From assembly GCA_039798785.1 (NCBI GenBank), contig JBDKFG010000039.1, forward strand, positions 1-45,048: 45,048 nt of DNA, given 5' to 3'. Position numbers and translations under genes: made by a program. Each line of letters starts with the position of its first letter. Within the stretch, counting starts at the first letter, position 1. Source of the DNA: Verrucomicrobiota bacterium. GTDB lineage: Bacteria; Verrucomicrobiota; Lentisphaeria; Lentisphaerales; Lentisphaeraceae. Under the pieces are notes generated by a model that saw nothing but the letters and a program-made list of their open reading frames with translations, was not told the origin of the DNA and did not search any database. Positions 17,820 to 27,336 of the stretch are shown piece after piece.

Positions 17820-18938
17820 TCACTCGAACAAAGCCGCGACCGCGCTCATCCCGAGCAGGCGCGGCGATTGCCGCACCTTGGTGATCTCGCCGCTGGCGTG
17901 AAAGCCGATGTGCGGCGTCCCCGGCAGGATCCTCGCCAGGGTGAAGGCGTCGCCATCGTGCCCCGCCCGCGACAGGCAGGAGCTCAGGACCAAGGCACTG
18001 GGATGCTTCTGCGCCAAGGCGTCGGCCAGCCCGGGCAGACGGCTGCTGGGATCGCGCAGGAGGAAGCGGACCCGGCAGCCCTGCGGCAGGTTTTCGCCGA
18101 TCAAGAGAGCGCCCGAGCCGGCCTCGACCCCGCGCAAGGCCCGCGGCAGCCAGATCTCGTCCTCGTCGTCGCCAAAAGCCTCGCTCTCTATCCCGAGAAA
18201 CAGGGACTGCCGCATCAGCTCCCGGTCGCGGCGCGGCAAGGTTTCGGAGAGTTCTCGCAAGAGCTCGACCGGGCGGCGTTCATCCAGGGCCCGCAACAAC
18301 GGACCTTGGCAGGAGGTGACCCGGTAGACCGGACCGAAGGGGCGGCAGCCGAGGCAGAAGACGCTGCGCATCACCGGCTCGGGAAAACTCAGCATGACCA
18401 GGGAACGGCGGAGGCAGCGGCGGCCGGCAAACACCGCGCACCTCCCGGGATCGCCGGAAGCGAAACCGCCAGCCAGCGATGCGCCAGGCCAGGCATACCC
18501 CAGACCCTCAAGAAAATCCTCCACTCCGGGAGGAGAGTACGGATCGGCAAAAATCAAGGATCCTTGCGCCAAGGGCAAACCCAGACGCTGACGCCAATGC
18601 GACGGCGAGCCGTCGCTGTCGGGCAGGTCCCGCAAGTCGTCGACGTGCAGCTTCGGCGACAAGGCGCCTCGTCCGCCGAGGAGGGCGACGGAAGGTGCCG
18701 TGAGCTCTTCTCCACCGCTGATCGGCACGTAGGAGCTGCAGCCGGCGAGGGTCTCGGTGCCGAGGAGATCGCAGGCCAGCGCCGGCAGAGACTCCAAGCC
18801 GTCGCCGTATCCAGATGAAGCTACGAGCAGGGCGAAATCCGCCTCGCCGCCACCGAAAGCGGCGCGCAGACCGGCGGCCGCCTGGCGCAGCGCGTCCTGG
18901 GGATCGAGTGAAGTACCATGCGCCGCTTGCCATTCCAT
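17820..18938 (-). CDS. FIST signal transduction protein (FIST-N + FIST-C)
   Basis: LAGCSS, LIFADPYS, LAGGFAS, GCRPFGPVYRVTSCQG, FLLRD, SCLSR, GFHASGEI; AGGAGG SD. Confidence 0.85.
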   Translation of the reverse strand: MEWQAAHGTSLDPQDALRQAAAGLRAAFGGGEADFALLVASSGYGDGLESLPALACDLLGTETLAGCSSYVPISGGEELTAPSVALLGGRGALSPKLHVDDLRDLPDSDGSPSHWRQRLGLPLAQGSLIFADPYSPPGVEDFLEGLGYAWPGASLAGGFASGDPGRCAVFAGRRCLRRSLVMLSFPEPVMRSVFCLGCRPFGPVYRVTSCQGPLLRALDERRPVELLRELSETLPRRDRELMRQSLFLGIESEAFGDDEDEIWLPRALRGVEAGSGALLIGENLPQGCRVRFLLRDPSSRLPGLADALAQKHPSALVLSSCLSRAGHDGDAFTLARILPGTPHIGFHASGEITKVRQSPRLLGMSAVAALFE

Positions 18939-19027
18939 GAAACCGCCTCCTTGTCACCATTATGTCGCCGGAGCGACGCGGAAGCAAGCTCAACCCGGAA
19001 AACAGCTTGGAAGCCAATCCATCCTGC

Positions 19028-19570
19028 TCACAAGCCGGCGAGATGCAAGGCGGTGATCACCAGGGCGTTGCCGATCTCGCCACAGCCGATCCGCGCCCGG
19101 AGTTCTTCGGGGGGCAGCAGCAGCACTTCGATGTCCTCGCCATCGTCCTGGGATCGCTCCGCCGCCAGGTAGCAGCCCTCCGCCAGGACGGTGTAGAGGG
19201 TGTTGCCCTGGATCGCGGGGTTGGGATTGGTGGCGCCGATGATCCGGGCCGAGGCGGCGTGATAGCCGGTCTCCTCGGCCAGCTCGCGCAGTCCGGCCAG
19301 GAGGGGATCGGAATCGCCCGCATCGATGCACCCGCCGGGAATTTCCAGTTCCAGTCGTTGCGAACCGTGACGGTATTGGCGGATCATCACCAGCTCGCCT
19401 CCTGTGGTGATCGCCACCACGTTGACCCAGTCGGGAAAGCGCAGGCTGAAATAGTCGCCGCCGTGGCCGTTGCGGGGATTGACGGCATGCTCAGCCTCGA
19501 CCGCCAGGATGCGGCAGTCGAAAAGAGTGCGGCGCTCCGAGCGCTGCCACAAGGCGGGGCGGTTCTGCAT
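19028..19570 (-). CDS. NUDIX hydrolase (ADP-ribose pyrophosphatase-like)
   Basis: Nudix box GGCIDAGDSDPLLAGLRELAEETGY; PDWVNVVA, RQYRHG, NPA. Confidence 0.92.
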   Translation of the reverse strand: MQNRPALWQRSERRTLFDCRILAVEAEHAVNPRNGHGGDYFSLRFPDWVNVVAITTGGELVMIRQYRHGSQRLELEIPGGCIDAGDSDPLLAGLRELAEETGYHAASARIIGATNPNPAIQGNTLYTVLAEGCYLAAERSQDDGEDIEVLLLPPEELRARIGCGEIGNALVITALHLAGL

Positions 19571-19609
19571 CAGGGGCCTCCAGATTGGGATTCAAAAAAA
19601 CTCAGAACA

Positions 19610-19640
19610 GAACCACGAATGGACACGAATGCGGACGAAT
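19610..19640. repeat. Isolated left arm of the ACCACGAAT/GGACACGAAT 10-mer repeat family
   Basis: GAACCACGAATGGACACGAATGCGGACGAAT; same family as 15577 and 16788. Confidence 0.8.
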
Positions 19641-19752
19641 GTCAAAAGCGAAATGCGGGAGGCCGCCTCCGGCGGGCGACAGGTAGATTGCGTCTATTGG
19701 CGGCTTCTTGCGCGCCTTGACGAGCGTCCCGGAATTTCCCCTGGCCTCCCCC

Positions 19753-19782
19753 TTGCCAATGTAGCCACTCCGGCGCTATAAT
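19753..19782 (+). promoter_or_regulatory. Putative sigma-70 promoter of htpG
   Basis: TTGCCA-18 nt-TATAAT; perfect -10 box in GC-rich DNA. Confidence 0.6.
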
Positions 19783-19848
19783 CCCGCCCCGCCTGCCGCT
19801 CAGGCGGGAAACTCACAACATTCCCAAGTTCACAAGGACCACCACACC

Positions 19849-21750
19849 ATGGAAAAGACCTTCAAAGCTGAGGTGAAGGACCTCCTGAACCTCGTCATCC
19901 ACTCGCTCTACTCCAACCGCGACATCTTCCTGCGCGAACTCATCTCCAACGCCTCCGACGCCCTCGACAAGGCGAAGTTCACCGCCCTCTCCGACAAGGC
20001 GGTCAACGCCCCCGGCGGCCAGTGGCAGATCCGCCTCGCCGCCGACGAGGCCCGCAAGACCCTCACCATCTCCGACAACGGCATCGGCATGAGCCTCGAC
20101 GAGGTCGAGGAGAACATCGGCACCATCGCCAAGTCCGGCACCAAGGCCTTCGCCTCGATGCTCAAGGCCCAGGGCGCCGCCGCCGCCCCCGAACTCATCG
20201 GCCAGTTCGGCGTCGGCTTCTACTCCGCCTTCATCGTCGCCTCGCGCGTCGAACTGCGCACCCGCAAACACGGGACGCCGGCCTCCGCCGCCACCCTCTG
20301 GTCCTCCTCCGGCGAAGGCTCCTACGCCGTCGAATCCTGCGTCAAGGACCAGCCCGGCACCGAGATCACCCTCTTCCTCAAGGATGACGCCGCCGAGTAC
20401 CTCGAGGAATGGAAGATCCGCAAGATCGTCAAGCAATACTCCGACTTCATCGCCCACCCGGTCGTCATGGCGGTCGAGAAGTACGACGACAGCGTCGAGG
20501 TCAAGGACGGCGAAGAGCCGCCGAAGAAGATCGAGGACGACACCCTCAACTCGATGAAGGCGATCTGGACCCGCTCCAAGTCGGAAGTCAAGGACGAGGA
20601 ATACGCCGAGTTCTATAAGCACATCTCGCACGACTTCCTCGAGCCGCTCGAAACCATCGCCTACAAGGCCGAAGGCGCCCTCGAGTTCCAGTCGCTCCTC
20701 TTCCTCCCCTCCCGCGCCCCCTTCGACCTCTTCCAGACCGGCGACAAGAAGGGCGTCCAGCTCTACGTCAAACGCGTCTTCATCATGGACGACTGCAAGG
20801 CGCTGATGCCGGAATACCTGCGCTTCGTCAAGGGCGTCGTCGACTCCGCCGACCTCCCCCTCAACGTCTCGCGCGAAATCCTCCAGGAGGACAAGATCCT
20901 CGGCAAGATCCAGAAGAACCTGGTCAAGAAGGTCCTCGACACCCTCGGCTCGATGCTGACCAGCGACCGCGAGAAATACCTCAAGTTCTGGAAGGAGTTC
21001 GGCCGCGTCCTCAAGGAAGGCATGCACTCCGACTTCGCCAACAAGGAGAAGATCCAGGACCTGCTGCTGTGGGAATCGACCAGCGCCACCGCCGACAAGC
21101 CGACCACCCTCAAGGAATACCTCGAGCGCCTGCCTGAAGGCCAGTCGGAGATCTACTACGTCTCCGGCCCCGACCGCGACGCCTGCGCCAACTCGCCCAT
21201 CCTCGAAGGCTTCAAGAAGAAGGGCTGGGAAGTCCTCTACTTCGCCGAGCCGATCGACGAATGGGTCGCCCAGTCGCTCACCGAATACGCCGGCAAGCCG
21301 GTGAAAAACATCACCAAGGGTGACGTCAAGCTCGACGAAGCCGCCGCTGAAGAGACCAAGAAGGCCACCGCAGAAAGCAAGGATGTGCTCGACGCGGTCC
21401 GCAAGGCCCTCGACGCGGAGGTCAAGGAAGTCCGCTTCACCAACCGCCTCGCCGAATCGCCCGCCTGCCTGGTCGCCGACGAGCACGCCATGTCGGCCAA
21501 CATGGAGCGCATCTACCGCTCGATGAACCAGAACATGCCGGTCAGCAAGCGCATCCTCGAGCTCAACCGCGAACACGCCGTGGTCAAGAGCCTGCTCGGC
21601 CTCGCCGCCAAGGACTCCTCCTCGGAAGCCTTCCGCGAACGCGCCGAAATGCTCCTCGACCAGGCCCTCCTCGCCGAAGGCTCGCCCCTCAAGGACCCCG
21701 CCCGCTTCGCCAAACGCGTCGCCCGCCTGATGGAAGCCCAGGCGAACTGA
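19849..21750 (+). CDS. htpG: Molecular chaperone HtpG (Hsp90)
   Basis: HSLYSNRDIFLRELISNASDA, DNGIGM, GTIAKSGT, IGQFGVGFYS, DLPLNVSREILQ. Confidence 0.98.
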   Translation: MEKTFKAEVKDLLNLVIHSLYSNRDIFLRELISNASDALDKAKFTALSDKAVNAPGGQWQIRLAADEARKTLTISDNGIGMSLDEVEENIGTIAKSGTKAFASMLKAQGAAAAPELIGQFGVGFYSAFIVASRVELRTRKHGTPASAATLWSSSGEGSYAVESCVKDQPGTEITLFLKDDAAEYLEEWKIRKIVKQYSDFIAHPVVMAVEKYDDSVEVKDGEEPPKKIEDDTLNSMKAIWTRSKSEVKDEEYAEFYKHISHDFLEPLETIAYKAEGALEFQSLLFLPSRAPFDLFQTGDKKGVQLYVKRVFIMDDCKALMPEYLRFVKGVVDSADLPLNVSREILQEDKILGKIQKNLVKKVLDTLGSMLTSDREKYLKFWKEFGRVLKEGMHSDFANKEKIQDLLLWESTSATADKPTTLKEYLERLPEGQSEIYYVSGPDRDACANSPILEGFKKKGWEVLYFAEPIDEWVAQSLTEYAGKPVKNITKGDVKLDEAAAEETKKATAESKDVLDAVRKALDAEVKEVRFTNRLAESPACLVADEHAMSANMERIYRSMNQNMPVSKRILELNREHAVVKSLLGLAAKDSSSEAFRERAEMLLDQALLAEGSPLKDPARFAKRVARLMEAQAN

Positions 21751-21753
21751 GGA

Positions 21754-21788
21754 GTTCAAAGTTCAAAGTTTAAGGTTTAAAGTTTGAA
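21754..21788 (+). repeat. Degenerate 7-mer tandem repeat (GTTYAAA-like) x5 directly after htpG stop
   Basis: GTTCAAA GTTCAAA GTTTAAG GTTTAAA GTTTGAA. Confidence 0.85.
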
Positions 21789-21800
21789 CGATTGAACGAG

Positions 21801-21826
21801 CGCCCCGGGGAGACCCGGGGCGTTTT
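21801..21826 (+). terminator. Intrinsic terminator of htpG
   Basis: CGCCCCGGG-GAGA-CCCGGGGCG-TTTT. Confidence 0.85.
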
Positions 21827-21942
21827 GCCTTGCAGATGTTGTTTTCTGGGGCCGCCGCAATCCTTGCGGCGTCATTGCGGTGTGATTGCGGCGGCACCGT
21901 GTTTCTTGTCACATCCGCTCTTAACCCCCAAGGTTGTGTACC

Positions 21943-22665
21943 ATGAAGCGACTTCTCTGCACCTTCCTGCTCGCTGCCTGCAGCCAGATTTCATCTTCCG
22001 CGCCTGACGAGGCCTTCAGCGATCTCAGCCTCAATGCCTTCCGCGAGAAACAGCTTCGCCTCATGGATGATCCCGGTTTCATCACCTGGTACGAGGGGCG
22101 CCGGGACGGCTATGACTTCTTCACGATTCAAACCGATGCGGGCTCTCAAAGGTTCAAGATCCGCCTTGGCGAGACGCCGATCAGCCTGGTGTATTCCAAG
22201 GGTGAAGCGCCGCGGATGCCGATCCGCCGGGCCCACCTGATCCAGATCTCGAGCGATGACTGTTCCGGCTCCAGCCAGTGTTCGCTTCCTGCCGGGATGC
22301 AAGGTCCCCCCATCCGCCTCAAGGCGAACGAGAAGCTGATCGAAGCCTACCGCTACAGCGATGGCAACCGGCCGGTGCTGCCTATCGGCTCCATCGTGGA
22401 AGAAGAGAGCGGCAACCCACAGCGTCTCGCGCGGCGGATGACCAGGATCACATCGAAGGGAGAGGTTTCCGACTGGCGCTTCGAGGTGGTCGAGCTGCCC
22501 TCCGGCAGAAGAATGTCCAGCGACGCGGCCTCCTGCGTCAAATGCCACTCCCAATGGAAGAATGATCAATGTCTCTCGACTCACGCCTGGGGCTGGATCA
22601 GCGGCAGCGTCAACAAATTCCCGCCAGTCGAAGCGACATGCGACCAAGATCCTCCCGGCCTCTGA
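21943..22665 (+). CDS. Lipoprotein with C-terminal cytochrome P460/c'-beta-like domain
   Basis: Lipobox LAAC; LPIGSIVEEE...DWRFEVV...CVKCH near the C-terminus. Confidence 0.6.
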   Translation: MKRLLCTFLLAACSQISSSAPDEAFSDLSLNAFREKQLRLMDDPGFITWYEGRRDGYDFFTIQTDAGSQRFKIRLGETPISLVYSKGEAPRMPIRRAHLIQISSDDCSGSSQCSLPAGMQGPPIRLKANEKLIEAYRYSDGNRPVLPIGSIVEEESGNPQRLARRMTRITSKGEVSDWRFEVVELPSGRRMSSDAASCVKCHSQWKNDQCLSTHAWGWISGSVNKFPPVEATCDQDPPGL

Positions 22666-22742
22666 CGAAATTCCGGAATCTTGGCCGCTCTCCAGGGAAA
22701 TCCGAGTTGCCGGATCTTATATTGCGACATGGGAGCCTCGCC

Positions 22743-23855
22743 ATGTCTGGAAACTTCGCCCGAAACACCTTGGAGATCCGTCTCGACATCATCGAGGCCA
22801 ATATCCGCCGCCTGCTTCTGGCGGTTTCCCCCCTCAATCTCATCGCGGTGCTGAAGGCGGACGCCTACGGACTCGGGGCCGGACCGGTCGCCCGGGCCTG
22901 TGAACGCGCCGGAGCCAGCCACATCGCGGTGGCCGACCTTGCCGAGGCGATGTCGATCCGCCCCTACACCTCACTGCCCATCCTGATCAATGGCGACATC
23001 CTCGCCGAAGAGATCCCTGGAGCCGTCGCCGCCGGCTTCGTCATCCCGGTCAGCTCCGACTTGAAGGCGAAGCTGATCAGCGAGGAATGCGCCCGCCAGG
23101 GGCGCATCGCCCATTGCCATTTTGAAGTCGACACCGGCATGGGGCGTCTGGGAGTCCGACTCGACAAGGCGGAGTCCATCCTGGAGTGGGCGCGCCTGCC
23201 GGGGATCGAATGCGCCGGCCTCTATTCCCACTTCCCTCATGCCTACGGCGACGCCGACTTCTCCTCGGCGCAGGTGCGCACCCTCCTCGCTCTTCATGCC
23301 TCCCTCAGCTCTTTCGGCTTGAAGGCGCCGATGCTGCACATCGCCAACTCGGACGGCATCCACAACATCCCCGAGGCGATCCGCCCGCCGATGACCCACG
23401 TCCGCAGCGGCATCAACCTCTACGGCTGCTTCGACGAAGAAGGACGGCGCACTTTCGAGCTCGAAGAGGTCCTGGTCCTCAAGTCCCGGCTGCTCGCCGT
23501 GCGTGAACTCCCCTGGGGCGCCTCGCTCGGCTACGGCCGCACCTGCCGCTTGAAGCAAGCGACCCGTGTCGGCACCGTGCCGATCGGCTACGCCGACGGC
23601 CTGCCCCTGGCCCTTTCCTCCGGCCACGGACGCTTCCTCGTGGGCGGAAGATCCTGCGCCATCCTCGGCAGGATCTCGATGGATTACACCACCATCAACC
23701 TCGACGGCGTCCCGGACGCCCGGGAAGGCGATGAAGTGATCTGCCTCGGCAAGGGCATCCCGATCGGCGAATGGGCCCGTGCGAAGAAGTCGATCTCCTA
23801 CGAGATCCTCTGCGCCATCGGCGGCCGGGTGAAACGGCAGCACCTCGAACCCTGA
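22743..23855 (+). CDS. alr: Alanine racemase
   Basis: AVLKADAYGLG (PLP Lys), DTGMGRLG, YSHF, HIANS, GYG, PIGYADG, GRISMD. Confidence 0.96.
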   Translation: MSGNFARNTLEIRLDIIEANIRRLLLAVSPLNLIAVLKADAYGLGAGPVARACERAGASHIAVADLAEAMSIRPYTSLPILINGDILAEEIPGAVAAGFVIPVSSDLKAKLISEECARQGRIAHCHFEVDTGMGRLGVRLDKAESILEWARLPGIECAGLYSHFPHAYGDADFSSAQVRTLLALHASLSSFGLKAPMLHIANSDGIHNIPEAIRPPMTHVRSGINLYGCFDEEGRRTFELEEVLVLKSRLLAVRELPWGASLGYGRTCRLKQATRVGTVPIGYADGLPLALSSGHGRFLVGGRSCAILGRISMDYTTINLDGVPDAREGDEVICLGKGIPIGEWARAKKSISYEILCAIGGRVKRQHLEP

Positions 23856-23916
23856 TCCGACAAGCCGGCCGGTCGACTGTCGCGACCATCACCTCTCCAC
23901 CAACAACCTCTGTCGC

Positions 23917-24117
23917 TCACTTCAGGATTGCGATCAGGGTCATGGTGATGGCGACCGCCGTCAGGCTGAGGAAGATCCAGCCCATGCCGGCGAACTGGCT
24001 GACGCCGAAGAACTCCAGCTTGTTGTGGGCGCGCTTCTTTTTCATCGCGTATTGGCATTGGTCGTCTTCGTCGAGGTAGATCGAAACCAGGGTTTCGGGG
24101 GCGTGCTGCTTGTTCAT
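23917..24117 (-). CDS. Small hypothetical protein with C-terminal TM helix (66 aa)
   Basis: AAGGAG SD; host-like codons; hydrophobic tail GMGWIFLSLTAVAITMTLIAILK. Confidence 0.65.
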   Translation of the reverse strand: MNKQHAPETLVSIYLDEDDQCQYAMKKKRAHNKLEFFGVSQFAGMGWIFLSLTAVAITMTLIAILK

Positions 24118-24314
24118 CGGGGCTCTCCTTGTTTGGGCTGTCCTGCCCCTTCCGACAGCGCGCGCAGGCAAAAGTTCTCAATAACGACTGAATCTTGTCA
24201 ATTTTAACTAGGCCGCCTTCAAAGTCCTGAAAATCTCCATGAGAGCTTGTAAGACGGCGAGGCGCTCCGGTTACCAGAGGCAGAGATCACCAAAACTCAG
24301 CCCCAGGGCACCCG

Positions 24315-25721
24315 ATGAAAAGCCTGCTGATCACCGCTCTCTTCTCCGTTGCATCGCTCTCCCTCGCCGCTGCGCAAGAGGCTCCGTCGATGCCCGGCGA
24401 TGCCTTTTGGGAGCGTTTCGGCACACCCGCCCAGCTGAAGCGGCTGCCGGAATTGAAGGCCTTGCTCGCGGCACCCACGGCACCGGAGTGGCGAACCGCA
24501 GCGATGCAGCGGATCCGCGAATGCCGGATGAACGAAGTCCGGCTCGAAGTCGTCGACGCCCTCGGCCAGCCGCTGCCGAAGGCCCAGGTCCGGCTACGCC
24601 AGGTCTCTTCCGATTTCCGCTTCGGCGGCATCATCAACGACGAGCACTGGTTCGGCAAGGAGAAGGTCGACTCCGCAGCCTACCGCGATCTCTTCCTCAA
24701 GTTCTTCAATGCCGCCGGCTTCGAGAACGGGCTCAAGATCAAGTCTCTCGACGAGGCGCCCAGGACCCGCCAGATCATGGATTGGCTTCTCGCCAGCAAG
24801 CTGCCGGTGCGCGGTCACGCCCTGATCTGGCCGGGCTTCAAGAAGCTGCCCGCCGAAATTGTCGCCCTGCAGGATCGTCCCGCCGAACTGCGAGCCGCCT
24901 GCGACAAGATGATCGTCGAACTCTGCAAGACCTGGCCGGAAGTGGAAGAGTGGGACGTCATCAACGAACCCCGCCAGAACCGCGACTTGGTCCGCATCCT
25001 CGGCGCCGGCGAAGAAAGGCGCTGGCTCGATCTGGCGCGGCAGCAGACCCGTCCCGGCTGCAAGCTCTACATCAACGACTACCAGATGATCTCCGGCAAC
25101 ATTCCCGCCTACAAGGACTTCTACGAGAAGATGGGCCGCGAGCTGATCGCCGCCGGCGCGCCTCTCGACGGCCTCGGCTTCCAGAGCCGCTTCCGCATCC
25201 ACCTGCCGCCCCAGGAGGTCTGGGCCAACCTGCAGCGCTTCGCCGCCCTTGGCCTGCCGATGAAGGCCACCGAATTCGAAGTCTCGGACGCCGTCGAGGT
25301 CGAGAAAGGCCGCCTCTTCAGCGACGAAGAGCGGGCCCGGATCAGCGAAGAGGTCCTGATCAACTACTTCTCCTGCGCCAAAGTCGAAGGCATCTACTGC
25401 TGGACCTTCTTCCGCAAGGGCCATGGCCTGAAAATGAAGAACGGCGCCCCCAACTGGGGCTACCGCTCCTTCCTGGTCGATCGAGACGGCAGTCTCGGCC
25501 TCAACGCCCTGGTCTGGCTCTATTACACCCAGCATCTCTGGCGCAGTCAATGCGCAGTGCCAGGCGACAGCGCCGGCCGCGCCGCCGCCCGCCTTTTCCG
25601 CGGCGGCTACGAAGTCGAGATCACAAGTCAAGGACAAAGCTGGAAAGGCAGCTTCGAGCTTCGCAAGGACAGTGCGCTCCGCCTGGTTTGCGATCAAGGG
25701 AAAATCATGGTCCAACCCTGA
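24315..25721 (+). CDS. Glycoside hydrolase family 10 (endo-beta-1,4-xylanase-like), secreted
   Basis: Signal peptide; [21 protein letters not shown] (acid/base), LYINDY, GLGFQS, ATEF (nucleophile). Confidence 0.88.
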   Translation: MKSLLITALFSVASLSLAAAQEAPSMPGDAFWERFGTPAQLKRLPELKALLAAPTAPEWRTAAMQRIRECRMNEVRLEVVDALGQPLPKAQVRLRQVSSDFRFGGIINDEHWFGKEKVDSAAYRDLFLKFFNAAGFENGLKIKSLDEAPRTRQIMDWLLASKLPVRGHALIWPGFKKLPAEIVALQDRPAELRAACDKMIVELCKTWPEVEEWDVINEPRQNRDLVRILGAGEERRWLDLARQQTRPGCKLYINDYQMISGNIPAYKDFYEKMGRELIAAGAPLDGLGFQSRFRIHLPPQEVWANLQRFAALGLPMKATEFEVSDAVEVEKGRLFSDEERARISEEVLINYFSCAKVEGIYCWTFFRKGHGLKMKNGAPNWGYRSFLVDRDGSLGLNALVWLYYTQHLWRSQCAVPGDSAGRAAARLFRGGYEVEITSQGQSWKGSFELRKDSALRLVCDQGKIMVQP

Positions 25722-25731
25722 GGAGGACACG

Positions 25732-26460
25732 ATGCGCAGGAAGTTCACTCTGATCGAGCTGCTGGTGGTGGTGGTGATCATCGCCATCCTCCTCAGCCTG
25801 CTGCTGCCGGCGATCGGCCGGGCCCGCAGCTCGGCGCAGCAGTCGTCCTGCCGCAACAATCTCAAGCAGGTCGGCATCGCCATGCATGCCTACGCCGATG
25901 GCAACAACGGCTGCGTCCCAGGCAAGATCACCAGCAGCCGCTACAGCTGGTTCGGCAAGGCCCAGGCCAACGGCGGCCGGCCGGTCACGGTCCGCCCTCT
26001 CAACAGCTACCTCGGCTACACTCAGAACGGCATCGAAGTGCCCACCGCCCGCTGCCCGGAAGACTCCCTCGCCGCCGGCACCAACGACGGCTACAATGAA
26101 GAAGGCAGCTCCTACGTCTCGAACACCGTCACCAACGGCAGCTCGGTCAAGACCCTCGCCCTCACCTCGCCCGAATGCCGGGCCCTGGGACTGCCTGATA
26201 TGGCCCACCCGGGCCGAGCCATCTCCAAGGCGGGCAACCCGGTCAAACTCCTCGCAGTCCTCGAAAACCCCGGCTACCAATACGGCTTCAACAACGGCTC
26301 GGTCGGCGACTTCCCCCAGCTCGATTGGCACCGGCTCCTCTCCAATCACGTCAGCGCCCTCTACCTCGATGGACATGTCGCCAAGACGCTCATCTTCAGC
26401 GGCGCTGACGGGGTCTCGGCCAGCGCCTGGCCTTACACCTGGGAGTACGATGCCCCATGA
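25732..26460 (+). CDS. Prepilin-type N-terminal cleavage/methylation protein with H-X9-DG-type C-terminus
   Basis: [39 protein letters not shown]-terminal [26 protein letters not shown]. Confidence 0.92.
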   Translation: MRRKFTLIELLVVVVIIAILLSLLLPAIGRARSSAQQSSCRNNLKQVGIAMHAYADGNNGCVPGKITSSRYSWFGKAQANGGRPVTVRPLNSYLGYTQNGIEVPTARCPEDSLAAGTNDGYNEEGSSYVSNTVTNGSSVKTLALTSPECRALGLPDMAHPGRAISKAGNPVKLLAVLENPGYQYGFNNGSVGDFPQLDWHRLLSNHVSALYLDGHVAKTLIFSGADGVSASAWPYTWEYDAP

Positions 26461-27293
26461 GTCTCGCCAGCCAAGCGCCGCTCCTCGTTGCGGAATCCTC
26501 CTTCTCGATGGATCCGATGCTGATCGGCGCCGTGGTCTGCTCCATCGCTCTCCTGATCACCACCGTCCTGCGCCGCCGCAGCCCGCGCCGTCTCCCTTCC
26601 CATCTCATCCTCATCCTGTTTTACTCCTGCGGCACTCTGGTCTTCACCGGCCTCTATCTTATCAATCTGCACCGCAAGGAGCACATCCACATCGATCACG
26701 CCGCCGCCCTGGTCAAGGCTCAGGCGCAGGTGCTGTGCGAGGAAATCCAAAGCCGCCATGGCCGGGCCCGGATCGCCGTCATCCACCGCCCAGGCGAACA
26801 GCACGCCGGCCTGACCCTCGAAGTGCTCCGCCTCCTTGCCGGCCAGGGTCACACGGTGATCGGCCTCGAACCCGCGTCGATGAAGGAAGGCCGCGACAAC
26901 AGCTACTTCAAAGGCCGCGCCCTCGAGCGCTGCCTCCAGGTCGATGCCGACCTCTTCGTCTCCACCTGCGGACTGCCGCCGCTCGATGAGCTTGAGGAAC
27001 TCAGCCGCTTCCATCCCGAACTGGCGGAAGGCAAGCCGGAAGCTTCAGCCCCGACGAAACCGCTCTACGTCCTCAACGGCAATTCCTCCCGCTACCTGCC
27101 CTTCCTGAAAAACGGCGCCATCTCAGGGCTGGTCATCTGGCGATCCACTCCCGACACCTCGGTCTTCGGCTTCCGTGGCCAGACCCCGCGCGAGCTCTTC
27201 AGCCGCCGCTATCTCTTTGTGCGGAATGACAAGCTGGAGGATCTGCCGGCCTCGGAGCTGGCGGTCTTCGCAGCCTCCCCGGCCGCACCTTGA
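26457..27293 (+). CDS. Hypothetical two-TM protein with extracytoplasmic alpha/beta domain
   Basis: ATGA overlap with the pilin stop; two N-terminal hydrophobic segments; host-like codons. Confidence 0.7.
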   Translation: MSLASQAPLLVAESSFSMDPMLIGAVVCSIALLITTVLRRRSPRRLPSHLILILFYSCGTLVFTGLYLINLHRKEHIHIDHAAALVKAQAQVLCEEIQSRHGRARIAVIHRPGEQHAGLTLEVLRLLAGQGHTVIGLEPASMKEGRDNSYFKGRALERCLQVDADLFVSTCGLPPLDELEELSRFHPELAEGKPEASAPTKPLYVLNGNSSRYLPFLKNGAISGLVIWRSTPDTSVFGFRGQTPRELFSRRYLFVRNDKLEDLPASELAVFAASPAAP

Positions 27294-27336
27294 ACTCACT
27301 CGCCTGCCGCGATTTCAAACAGGAGATCCCCCCCCC

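Noticed and set aside
19761..19770. CIRCE-like TAGCCACTC in the htpG promoter
   Set aside because: Imperfect half-site with no inverted partner at 9-nt spacing.
19813..21759. 648-aa ORF antisense to htpG, and similar long shadows (780-2177, 14033-15652, 27655-30003, 34851-36938, 39198-42422)
   Set aside because: Expected by-product of strong GC3 codon bias on the real strand; no recognisable motifs.
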